Shown: positions 28,932 to 41,324 of the stretch, one piece after another
How the letters are laid out: each line of letters opens with the position of its first letter
Position numbering within the stretch: position 1 is the first letter of the stretch
Program-made: the position numbers and the translations under genes
Notes under the pieces: model-generated
Databases searched by the model: none
The model's input: only the letters and a program-made list of their open reading frames with translations
What the model was told of the DNA's origin: nothing
From: Amoebidium appalachense
Lineage: Eukaryota > Protista > Ichthyosporea
Direction of reading: 5' to 3'
Length of the DNA: 64,000 bases
Assembly (NCBI GenBank): GCA_963693365.1
Contig: CAVNZM010000005.1
Location: forward strand, 7,944,710-8,008,709

Positions 28932-29762
28932 AGTGTGAGTGTGTTCATTTGCTTGCCGGTAAGCTCGTGTGTGTGTGCATCACAGTGTGCTTCGCGTGCA
29001 GTTCAGTGTGTGCAGGTCGTGTGCCCTTGGCGCATATGATTGCGGTGTGTTTATGGGCAAGTTACCTCGACGTCGAAGTCCAGCCTGTGTATCATCATGT
29101 TTAGCACGTGGATCTCTAGCGGCAGCGTGCAGTCTGCGTCGCTGCAGTTGTAGCGCCGGGGCCAGGGCGGCAAATATTGTTGCACCTGCCCCAGCGTCAG
29201 CAAACCCACCGCCCTTGCCCACCCCCTCCTGTGCCCCACCCCACCGTGCACGGGCACCCACCGAGCTGTAGCAGTCGGCAAGGTCCCCCGTCTTCCAGTT
29301 GAAGTTGCCCCCGCTGCAGTACACCGGCCTGCTCCAAATGTCAGTGCCAGCCTAACCCCTTCCCCCCTTCCCCCCCCCCCCCCCCCCCCCCACACACACA
29401 GACACACACACACGCACACGGCACGCACATGCTTGTCCACTCGTTGGGGCCCACCCTCAGCACCGGGTAGAGGCAAAGGTCATCCGTATCGCCCGTGGCG
29501 TTGGTGCCGTAGTTGGACGCCCGCTGGTCGCTGCACTTACCCAACACCTCATCGCTAGTCGGATCGATGTCATCCGACGCCTGTGCGTTCTGCCTTCGGT
29601 TGGCTGGGTGCACCGTCAGTCAGTCCAAACCCTCCACCACATCCCCCCCAAACACACAAGCCCGCACAGACACCTCTTACTTGTGAAGTCCTTGCCCGAG
29701 TCTTCGGCTGCCACCAGCCCAGCTGCCAGCAGCAGCAGTATGTGGCCCAGAAGCCCACCCAT
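25755..29762 (-). CDS. Cys-less pentameric ligand-gated ion channel (pLGIC / Pro-loop) subunit, multi-exon
   Basis: Signal peptide MGGLLGHILLLLAAGLVAA; extracellular-domain motifs WRDDR, VWTPEV, LDMSKFPYDQHRL (Pro-loop without flanking Cys); pre-M1 LVR; M1 FYAFPLVLVGTV; M2 RVGFGSIAILTALS; LTAMD before M3; MDK before M4. Exons join in frame through GT-AG introns. Confidence 0.85.
28500..28930. repeat. (TG)n microsatellite cluster in pLGIC intron
   Basis: Three long (TG)n runs. Confidence 0.95.
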
Positions 29763-30307
29763 GGCTACGCGTGGCCGTGCGGCCCGCCCTGTGGCTGGTC
29801 TGCTAGTTGAAGACAGGGGGAAGCGAGGATCGGCCAAGAATGCTGCAGAAGGCTACAAAAATAGGAAGGCACAGAAGCCTGCTGCTTTCCCCTCCCGCGA
29901 CACACAGGCTAGAGCAGGTAGGCAGTCTTTGGAATGCTTGGAGCGCTCAGGTAGTGTCACTAGTACAAAGTCCGCCAGTCTTGGGCACCATTGTTCCCTT
30001 TCCGCATATTCTCGCTTTGCCTCGACTTGCTGCCCGTCCGACCTTGCAAAGCCAAGTGAAGCCAACCAAGTGCTATTCGCATACCATCGCATACCAAATT
30101 TTATCGCAGCCACCAGCGGTACGTGACCTACCGCCAATCAGCGCACGACAGTTATGATAGTGCCAATAGCCTACAGCCCGCCTTCACTGACAACAATGTT
30201 GATGTCTATGCAGTATGTCACTATGATACAGTACAGTCCTACTCCAACACGCAAGGAATAAACAGGTGTGCAGCCTGCAGCGGGAAGCAAGTAGTTCAGG
30301 TGCAGGG

Positions 30308-30445
30308 ATAAAATGCACATTGTAGCACGCACTTGCCAGTGAATGACAAGGACTTTGTCCCGTGGTGGACACGATCAGGTATAAAATGCACATTGTAGCA
30401 CGCACTTGCCAGTGAATAACAAGGACTTTGTCCCGTGGTGGACAC
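30308..30445. repeat. About 65-bp direct duplication
   Basis: ATAAAATGCACATTGTAGCACGCACTTGCCAGTGAAT(G/A)ACAAGGACTTTGTCCCGTGGTGGACAC occurs twice. Confidence 0.9.
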
Positions 30446-30791
30446 TCGGCCCTCACGGCACGTTGATCAGGTTGGGCACTTATGGAAACGAGGGGACGGT
30501 AGGGCTTTGCCAAGCTGGCAGGGCCAGTGAACAAGGCAGCAAGGCCCCTGCCTGTTGCGTGCGTGCAGGACGGCCAGCGGGCACGGCTGCACGTGGCTAG
30601 CCCAGTGGGCGTTTATTGACATTCATGCCGAGTCTAGTGTGTCTTATGCGACCCCTAATAGTCCCCCCCCCCCCCCCGCTATGTACAAACCAGCTGCCCC
30701 CCCGGACACTTCAGCTACCTCCCCCAGCACCACCACACGTCGAAGCACCTGCCACCTCCCTGTTTGCCGAGACAATAGACGCAGGGGGGTG

Positions 30792-32812
30792 CTACAGGCC
30801 GCCGTATCTGGTACGGGGCCTGCTGTGCGTGTCTGGGGCCTCGGCCGTGCCCATATCCAGCGCCTGCGGCTGCTGGCTGTGTGTCCGTCCCGTGGTGCCC
30901 AGCTGCCCAGGCAGTCAGAGCCACCTACTTACCCGCCCCCCTCCCCCCCCCCCCCCCCACACACACACACATACACACACACACACACCTGGTATAGGTC
31001 GGTGCTGCACAGGTCTGTGCGCATGGACCGCAGGATACCCGTCTCTGGCAGCTCCGAGTTGCTGCAACAGCCCCGGCCCGTTGGCACCTCCCCCTCCCCC
31101 CCCCCCCCCCCCCTCCCCCCCCCCGAAACAGCATACCTCTCCAGGCGGGTGTATGCAGGGGGCAGGATGTCAAAGGTCTCCCGGGTGTCGGCCACGACGT
31201 CGAAGCAGCTGAAAACGTCACTGAGGGCATAGCGCACGGCATAGGGACGGGCCTCGCCCACCACATACTCCTGCAGGGCGCCGGGCCGTGAGCACACAGA
31301 CTGGGTGCCTGCTGCCTGTGTGCGGGCACCCACCTCAGGCCCGAAGACATACAGGTGGGCCACGGCAAACCCCAGCATCTCCACGCAGGTCAGAAAGTCC
31401 TGCCCGGGGGTCAGTGTGTGCCTGCCTGCCCCCACCCGCCCAGGGCCCCCGGGCGCACCTGCAGGGCGGCAGCCAGGTCTGCGGCACTGTAGCGACCCAC
31501 GTCGTGCAGGGCACCCATGGCCACAAGGATGGCAAAGAAGCAGCCCTGCCAGTACGAGAAAAACAGCACGGCCTTGATGCACAGAAACTTCCCTGCTCCC
31601 TCGTCAGCAATCCCCTCCAAGAAAAAACGAAAGAATTATTGCAAGAAAGGCTTACAAATTGGGCTCCACGGCCGTAGCTCCTCCTTGACGGCACTGTAGA
31701 ACAGCGCCAGGCACATCAGCGCCACCGTCTGGCTGATGTTGAGCGCCAACGAGTGGTACATCTGGGCAGCCGTCAGCAGCCAAAACCATAAGAACGGGGG
31801 GGAAGGGGGGGGGGGGGAGGGGGGGAGGGGGAGGGAGGCACACGCACGTAGAAGCAGTCAACTCGCCATTGGCCGTTGCCGTATGCGCCCATGGCCTCCA
31901 TCAGCACGGCTATGACGGCAAAGAACGGCTTGACCACCACAAACTGCAACCGAGACGTCAGTGGGTCCGCAGTCCCGCCTCCAGCCCAACATACTGACAT
32001 GGAGATGTATTACATGCATTCACACATAATGACAACTTGGCATCTCAGCAGATGTGAACTGTGATAGATCTTTGAGCGATAGCCTCAACACACAACGTAT
32101 ATCCGTCTTTCAGGGCAAGATGCGGGGGGCACACACACACCAGAGGGGCACACCATGGGGGGTGCTGGGTGACCATACAAGCCTAAGGTTATCACTTGCC
32201 ACGAAAGAAAACAGCAACCTGCATAGATCAGAGAGAGCCACAAGGAACATCACACAGGCCCAACTGGCGTGGGAGCAGAAAACGGTGACTATGAGGCAGG
32301 CCCATGCTTTGGGCAGAGAAAGCCCAAGTGTGTATGTGTGTCCGTGTGTTTCAAGAAAAGAGAGGGGGGAAAGGGGGGGAGGGGGGGGCTAGCGTTCGTC
32401 ACACGGTAAAGTACAAAGATACAATGGAAAGTGAGGTGCAGGGTACGTAAACAACGCAAAAACTGTGTGGGACGGTCCATGTATGTTGTGCTTGTGTTTG
32501 GGATTTGTCCATACGTGTATGTGGTTGTGCCTGTGTGCACATGGGTGCCTGTCCCTGTGTAGCTGTGTTGGTGTGTGCTGAGGACGACAGTGTATCAAGA
32601 CGGTGCAGCAATCACAGACATGTGTGCAAGAACATATGTTACATATGTAGACAAGCAGGCGTGTGTGTGCCACAGTGTATGCGTGTGCCTGTGGGCTGCA
32701 CGTGGCGGTGTTCGAGGCGCACCTGCAGTATGCCCTTCTTCAGGTTAAGGTAGTATGACGGAGCACTCAGTTGTAGCGGTGGCAGGCAGCAGCAAGGCCT
32801 GCCCTGCAGTCA

Positions 32813-32849
<37 letters not shown>

Positions 32850-33027
32850 TTTTAGCCGAGAACACGCACCAGAAGCAGGGCTGGTCGGGCTTTCTGGACA
32901 GGGCATGGCGAACGCTGGGCTCGCCGTCCAGCCAGGACACGCACAGCAGAAAGAACTGGTACAGCACGTAGGCCTCATAGCAGTCCCGCAGCGTGTCCAG
33001 ATACAGCGCAGCCTGCACCCCGGTTAG

Positions 33028-33077
<50 letters not shown>

Positions 33078-33602
33078 GTGTGAGTGTGCGCGCGTGCGCG
33101 TGCGCATGCGCATGCGCATGGGGGGGGGGGGGGGGGGGGGGAGGGGGGCGTACGTCCAGGAAGCACAGGGACAGGAACGAGTCTGCCGCATACAGCGGCA
33201 CCATCAGCAGTATGCGCACCACCCGGCGCTGACGCTCGGGGTGGCGGTACTGACCGATGTGCTGGGCTATGCCGTAGACAGACAGCCCCAACGCAAGCGC
33301 TACAGCTATGCCCGCTGCGCCCCCCCAACCCACCCCACCATCCGTCAGCCAACCCTCCCCCCCAACTCCCCTCCCCCCTAAAACACACACGCACACACAC
33401 AACTTCCCTCCAAACACCGACACACGCAGACACACATGCACACCCACACACACACGCATGCGCGCGCACACACACGCACACACACGGGCGCGCAAAAGAT
33501 AAGCACACAAAAACACACAACCAACCATGCACATGAGCACACACACAAACACGCATGCACACAAAAGCAACAACCCAACCACAAACATACACATACACAC
33601 AA

Positions 33603-33635
<33 letters not shown>

Positions 33636-33655
33636 AACACGCACACACGCACACA

Positions 33656-33687
<32 letters not shown>

Positions 33688-33855
33688 CACACACACGCAC
33701 ACATACACACACACACACACACAGGACACGGACACGCCAACACGCACACATGCACAGGCGCATACACACGGACACACACACACACACACACACACACCCA
33801 GTGAAATGAGTGCGCGCTGCCAGCTCTCCACCAGGGCCTCCCCCTCGTCGGCCAT
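30792..33855 (-). CDS. TMEM184 / organic solute transporter alpha-like family protein, multi-exon
   Basis: [91 protein letters not shown] are hallmark TMEM184 motifs. Last exon inferred from branch point and phase. Confidence 0.92.
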
Positions 33856-34475
33856 TCTGTGAGCCCAGGCAGCCGCCAGTGCCCCTTGGCCTGCGTGGCC
33901 TGGGCCCTGCCTGCGGCCCACCAGACCACCAGCACCCGGCAGTGCCCGCTAGGTTGCTGCCCTCTGCCGCGCCAAGGCCTGCTGCTTGCTCGGCCCCTCT
34001 CTGGTTGCCGCCAAGACAAACACACCGGTCCCTAAGCCCACACAAACACACCGGTTCCTAAGCCCACACAAACACACCGGTCTCCCTGGCTAGGTGCCTC
34101 TGGGCCTTTACAAGGAGCTATGCTATATATGCACTGCGTAGTGTCGGCGTCATGCAGTGTTGGCAGTACTGTTGGCGTCAGTCAGCCTACAATAAAGTCA
34201 GGCTGGCGAGCTGGCAACTCGCGTCAGCCTTGCACACAAGTGACAAATTGACAAGAATGGGCTTACGTAAGGTGGCGCACCGAGCTGACTCCGCAACGTT
34301 ACGTAATCTCTCAGCAAAACCCAGGGAGTACTTATTCTGGCACCGTCAGACAGGTGCTGTGGCTGGTTCTGGTGCTGTGGCTGGTTCTGGTGGCTAGCAA
34401 TTAAGCCCAGGGGCAGCACATCACGGCCAGGCCAGAGGGCGAGGCGGCCTGCTTGGCCCAGCAGGGCGCCAGCAC

Positions 34476-35219
34476 GATGAAGACGGTGCTGATGGTGGCC
34501 GAGAAGCCCTCGCTGGCACTGGCCATTGCACGCGCACTTGCAGGCCCCGCACAGGTGCACAGCCGCAAGACGGCGTCGGGGGCAGTGCAGGCGCACGAGT
34601 ACGAGGGTAGCTTCAGGGGGGAGCACGTGCTGTTCCGCATGGTGGCCGTGTGTGGCCATGTTCTGAGGTGTGTGCCGGGTGCAAGGCGGGGGGCTGGCGG
34701 GGACCTTGTAGAGTGGTGAGCTGGGGGCTCTGGGTCTGACCTGCGGGGGCAGCGTGGACTTTCCGGCGCAGTACAACAACTGGGAGCGCACGGCCCCCGA
34801 AGACCTGTTCACTGTGCCGGTGCAGAAGGCAGAGGCAAACCCAAAGGTGCCGGCACACAGGGAGGGGCGGGGGCTGGGGAGCAGAGGGTCCAGAGACTGA
34901 AGGCCGGGGTGCAGCTTCACATTCGGCGCATGCTGGAGACCGAGGCACGGGGAGCTGCATATCTGGTGCTCTGGCTGGACTGCGACCGTGAGGGCGGTAT
35001 GTGGCTCCCCCCAGCCTGCTGGGGCCAGGAGGCCTGACATGCGGCGCAGAGAACATCTGCTTCGAGGTGATGGAGGCGGCGGGCCCACACATGGCAGGGG
35101 GGTATGACGAGCAGCGCATGTACCGGGCAAAGTTTTCCGGTGCGTGACCCCGTGGGGAAGCCCCTCCCCCCCCCCCCCCCCCCCCCCCTCTCCCCCCCCT
35201 CCCCCCCCCCCCCCCCCCT

Positions 35220-35257
<38 letters not shown>

Positions 35258-38200
35258 CCCTGTTCCCAGAGTGTCTATTTATACCTTTCTTGCGGGACAT
35301 GTGTATGGTAGCAGTAGGGAGTGTCGACAGCTGGTGGTGGGCAAGGTAGGCCATGGCCCGAACATGGCTGGCACACGCCAGACAGGGCCATCGTGGCTGG
35401 CTGGCGCCCTCGTGCACTCTCGGCCAGGCTGCCGCCAGCTCAGGCCAAGGACACACACCAGGAGCAGGGATGGTCGGGCTTTCTGGACGCACGATTCGCG
35501 TTCTTTGGCTCTTACGTCTCGAAATCAAGGCTGCTTTATGTATTGTTCAGAAGGTGCAAGAGAAACAGCAAAAGAATCGCCATCCAGGCTGCAATCTGCT
35601 TACAGGGGACACATAATCTAGCAACGGTGCTTCGAAGCCCTCGGCTTCTGTTGAGCAGAAAGAGGTGTGGTAGACAGGCAGTGTGTTGCTGGTCCTACCA
35701 GCCGAGACATGCTCGTAGCTTTGGAAGCATGCTGTCGGTCTGTCGAGTGCACGGTATGCCCTGGTTGCATCGGAGGCCCCACGCACGCCGGAAGAAAGTG
35801 CTGCAAACAGATTTTACAGGGTTCGCCAGGCCAGGGGTTAGGCCCAGGAGTCTGGGGTCGGTAGTGAGGCCTGCTGGACGCACACACACCCTGGCACCAA
35901 CCAGGTTGCAGCTGTAAGCCGTGTGGCATCAAGGTCAAACGGAACATACGTCGGCAACAAAAAAGAGTGCTTGTCTGAGGGGTTCGGAATGACACTTGTT
36001 TGTTAACAGCAAAGCAAGGCTTACATGCACAATTTCTTGTCTGGTCATTCGGTGATCAACTTCTTCGCATCCATACTTTTCTGCTGCTTCCGATTTCTCT
36101 GCCTGTTTAGGACGTCCGATTTTTTTATCCTCTACAAGTGGCCGCAGTGGGATGGTTGTGTGTGTTTGGAGGGGGGCACCTGTGGTCCAAGCAGGCACAG
36201 CCAATGATATCAGTGCCGGCCCAAAGCATGACAGTGGCAGGCACTATGGGGTGGCAGCATGCATGTGGCCTATGACGACGCAGGGAGGGACTTCCAATGC
36301 AGTGTTTGTATATACGTCCCTGATTGTTTGGCACCAAACCCTGCATTGGTCCATTCTTTCATTTTTTTGGCGCCCATATTCAGGCAGGTGATTGCGTGGT
36401 TGTGTACCCCGATGTCATAGGGGCCATAAAACAACATGCTGGCGCTTTGGCAATGGCTTGGCCCACAACTTGCTGCTGGTTGGCATTGTTGCACGTGCCA
36501 CTGTGCCTGTGGCCAGGCAACCAGTGCCTGTGCATGCCCCTGGCAGCCTCCATGCATGGCCCAGCATTACTGGGTGCACCAGACTCTGATCCTGCCATTC
36601 AACCACACACGTGTCTGCACCAAGTTGTGTAGGCCCGGTGCCTGGCGAGCCAGAGATCTAGGGGGGCACACGTTGGGGGGACAGGGGGTTGGCTACATGG
36701 TGGGCCTGTCGTGGGGTGATTACAGATAGCCCTGTTTGCTTGGGCGGGGAGGGGGGGGAGGGGGGGGGGGAGAGTTTGCATACTGCCCTGTATGCCTGGG
36801 AGGCGGGCGGGGGGAGGGTTTGCATGCTACCTTCCATGGCTTGGGGGGGGCGCTGACCTCGTGTGCAGCCATTGCCGACACGGAGCTGCGGCAGGCCATG
36901 GCCAGCCTGGGCCGGCCCAACCGCAGCGAGGCCCTGAGCGTCGATGCCCGCCAGGAGCTGGACCTGCGTGTAGGGAGAGGGGGGGGGGGGGGGGGGGGAG
37001 GGTGCTGAGAGCAGGGCAGGTGGGCTGTGCGTTCACACGCTACCAGACCCGATTCTTCCAGGACAAGTACGGCAACCTCGACTGCTCCTTTGTGAGCTAC
37101 GGCCCCTGCCAGACCCCCACGTAGGGGACCCCTGCTCCCTCCCTCCCCCCTCCCCCTCCCCCCCCCCCCCCTCCCCGCCCGCCCGGGCATGCTCTAAGGG
37201 GGGCACAGGCTTGCATTCTGCGTGGAGCGGCACGACCGCATTGTGGCCTTCCAGCCCGAGAAGTACCGCACGCTGCAGGCCCAGGCCACGGCCCTGGGCC
37301 ACACCGTGGACCTGCTGTGGGCCCGGGGCCGCCTGTTTGACCTGGAGGCCGCAGCAGCCATCCACGGCACCGTGCAGGCCGCCACCACGGCAAGGTGCGG
37401 CCCGGCCCCTCGGGGGGTGGCTGGGGCAGGGACGTTTGCTGAGGGCCCAGCAGGGTCGTGGTGGTGGCCGGGCGGGAGAAGGCCAAGGCGCGGCCGGTGG
37501 CGCTCAACACTGTGGGGCTGCTGAAGGCCGCATCCACCCTGTTTGGCATGAGCCCCCAGGCCACCGTAGGCCACCCTCCCCTCCCCCCCCCCCTTTTAGC
37601 AGGCAGAGGCTGAGCATGGGGCAGATGTGGGTGGCCGAGGAGCTGTACCTGCAGGGGGCCATCAGCTACCCGCGCACAGAGACCACGCACTATGCCGCCA
37701 GCTACGACCTTCTGGCCGTGCTGTGCCACCATGCCGCCCACAGTGTCTGGTCTGCCGCCCTGCCTGCTGGGGGGGGGGGTGTGTTGGGGGGTGCTGACAG
37801 GGCGCAGGGGCAAGTACGTGCAAGGCCTGCTGCAGCGGGGCATCAACAGGCCAAAGCAGGGCACAGACGTGGGCGACCACCCCCCCATGTATGGCCCCGC
37901 CCTGCCTCCTGCCTGGGTGGCCACTGATGGGCGGGCAGCACGCCGGTGCGAGTGGTGGAGGAGGGCGAGCTGTCGTATGATGCGTGGCGGGTGTACCAGT
38001 ACGTGACCTGCAACCTGATTGCAAGCGTGTCCTACGACTGCAAGGTAGTGCCTGCTGCCCCACAGCATGCACTTGTGGAGCCTAGCCGTGTGCCCACACG
38101 ATCTTCGTGGACACTAATATGTACCCGACCCCTTTCACAGTTCTTTGCTATTATATCGCCAACAGTTTAGTGGAATACCTCAGCCCAAGTGCCACAAGCG

Positions 38201-39706
38201 CCACTTAATTCAGCTCTTTCCAGTGGTGCCAATTACAGTAATTGATTAAACTTTAAGCTCTTGTCAACGGTACCGTTTAATTGTTAAGAGCCTTTAAACC
38301 GCCTTCGCTTGATTGTGAGAAATTGGGGTTTTACATGGGATCCGGACACCCAAAAATGGCCCTCACTTTGTTTGAGTTTTGACGACTCGAAAAACATTTC
38401 AATCACCTCTCGGCAAGCTGCAGCCTTACCAGCTACACCGCCAGTATGTGGGGATCTTGGAAATACCAATGTGGCGGCAGGGAGGCACGGTCGTCGACCC
38501 ATTGACGAGACATCTGGCCCCACGCATGGTTCAATGGCCATAGCCTCTTGCTGGCCGGTGACACACCCCTTGCTGCTATCATGGCAATGCACACGTGTAC
38601 TATAGGAGAAGAGGATATGCAGTGCGTGGCATTCTATTATGCATGTCTGGGCAAAGAATGCTCTAAAAATAGAGGGTAGGTCTCATTGGTATAAAAATGA
38701 CAGTCGTCGGATCTGATTGGGAGGATCGGGAAAAAAACTGGGCACGGAGACGACCTTTGGCGCGTCATAATTCGGCTCAGAAAAAAGCCTTTTGAATGCG
38801 GTTTACGGATATATATGGAAAGCGAAGAAAATAGTTGTATTTATGGGTGTTGGAATGACATCTTGACAATTATCCGTTGTATAGAAACGCGACTGCGCAA
38901 CCATGATGCTGTAGACATTTGGGACCGGATGGTGACTGATTGATCATCTGATCACAATCACGCTAATGTTTCTCACATAGTAGATGTACCGTTCATTTTT
39001 GTGCTATTGACTTCAACTAGACAGTAAAAATATTAAAATATATTTAGATTTGAATACAATCGCCCTTCGTTTGAAGTGGGTGCAAGTCATCTTCAAAGGG
39101 TTTTCAACTATTGTGTGATTGGTAAACATACGTTAATCTGATAGGATGTGTACTCCCATGTGTAGAGTTCGCACAGACATGTATACCAGAATGCCACCTA
39201 AATGGTGGACATACTGAGAATGACCTCAAGCACAAGGATTGCTGTTCCTCTAACTTGGGAAGCTTCTTAGGCCTGCCTGTGAATGCGAATGCGGTAAGGG
39301 GGACAGCACTGAAACATCGAGGTGAAAGGGGGCTGAGATGCACAGTAGCGTGTGCGGCACACAGCAAGTGCACTCCACGGGGGGGCACTACCGACGAGCT
39401 CTTGTATCGGCCAGTTTGCAGCATGGTGCAGGGTGCAGACACTGGGGCAATCAGCATATGTGGTGGGCCACTGACAGGGGCCATGCAGTACATCAAGACC
39501 GTGGCCACAATGGACGTGGGGGGGGAGCTGTTTACCTGCACAGGTGTGCGGCAAGGGGTGGAGGGGGCGGGGGGGGAGGGGATTGAAGAGGGTGCTGACA
39601 GGGGGGCAGGCAAGCGGCTGGTGGATGCAGGGTTCACAGAGGTGATGGACAGCATGCGGCCCAAAGACCTGCAGGACCTGCCCCCCTTGGCCACAAACAT
39701 GGTCGG

Positions 39707-39790
<84 letters not shown>

Positions 39791-41253
39791 CTCACGTGTG
39801 GGGCAGGAGTGTGCTGTGCAGGGTGTGCAGCTGGTGGAGGGCACCACGGGGCCACCGGACTATCTGACCGAGGCAGAGCTAATAGGCCTGGTGCGTTTTT
39901 TTTTTTTTTTTTTTTTTTTTTTTGGGGGGGGGGGGGGGGGGGGCATGCTGAGGGCCGGGGGCAGATGGAGAGGCACGGCATTGGCACGGATGCATCGATC
40001 CCTGTGCACATGGCCAACATTGTCGAGAGAAACTACGTGCAGGTGCCTGCCTGGCCCGGTGGCTGGGGAGAAGGGGCGGACAGATGGTGACGGAGAGGGG
40101 GCAGGTGCTGGGGTCCAGCAGGCAGCTGCGGCCCACCAACCTGGGCATAGTGCTGATCCACGGCTACTGTATCCGCATGGGGGGCAAGGGGGAGGGGGGG
40201 TCGGTGTGAATGTGTGTAACTGGGGAGACAGGAGGATTGGGGGGTTTGTACTGGGTGGGTCAGCAATTTTTTTTTTTGGGGGGGGGGGGGGGGGGTTCGG
40301 CAAGGCGAGATGGACCTTGACAAGCCCAGACCGCATCGACCCGGACCTATGCCTGCCCACGTACGTGCCCGGGGGGTCTGGGCCTGGGGGGTGCTGACAG
40401 TGGGCTGCAGCATGCGCAGTGCCGTGGAGAGCCAGCTGGGGCTGATAGCAGGGCCAGGCCGACTACATGCAGGTGCTGCAGCATGCAAAGGCCGTGCTGC
40501 AGGCAAAGTTCCTGTACTTCATGCGCAAGGTACGCCAGGCCCCAGTTCCTGTACTCCATAGTGGCCATGGTACGTCAGGCCCCTGTTCCTGTACTCCATA
40601 GTGGTATGCCAGGCCCTAGTTCCTGTGCTTCATAGTGGTACGCTAGGCCCTAGTTCCTGTACTCCATAGTGGCAGGCCAGGCCCTAGTTCCTGTACTCCA
40701 TAGTGGCAGGCCAGGCCCTAGTTCCTGTACTTCATAGTGGTACGCCAGGCCCCAGTTCCTGTACTCCATTGTGGCAGGCCAGGCCCCAGTTCCTGTACTC
40801 CATAGTGGCACGCCAGGCCCTAGTTCCTGTACTCCATAGTGGCAGGCCAGGCCCTAGTTCCTGTACTCCATAGTGGCAGGCCAGGCCCTAGTTCCTGTAC
40901 TCCATAGTGGCAGGCCAGGCCCTAGTTCCTGTACTCCATTTTGGCACGCACAGGTGCTTGCAGCAGTACGCATAGACCGCAGTGGGCCGAGGGCCACCTT
41001 TGCACTAGGTGTTGCCATGCACCGTGTGGGGCTGACCTTTGCACAGATCGGGTTCATGGACGAGCTGTTTGAGGCAGCCTTCACCAAACTCAAGGAGTCT
41101 GGCAGGCCCTTCAGGTAAAGCCCTGCACATGGGGGGTGCTTGTGGTTGAGCCTGACCGGGAGGGGCCTTGCAGCAAATGTGGCAGGTGCCGTCGCTACAT
41201 GAAGCTGATCAGCTCGAGGTGTGTGTGTGTTGTAGTGGGGATGGGGGCCGGAA

Positions 41254-41284
<31 letters not shown>

Positions 41285-41292
41285 CTCTTGTG

Positions 41293-41324
<32 letters not shown>

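Noticed and set aside
38600-39130. AT-rich intronic segment resembling a non-autonomous element
   Set aside because: Could not define ends.
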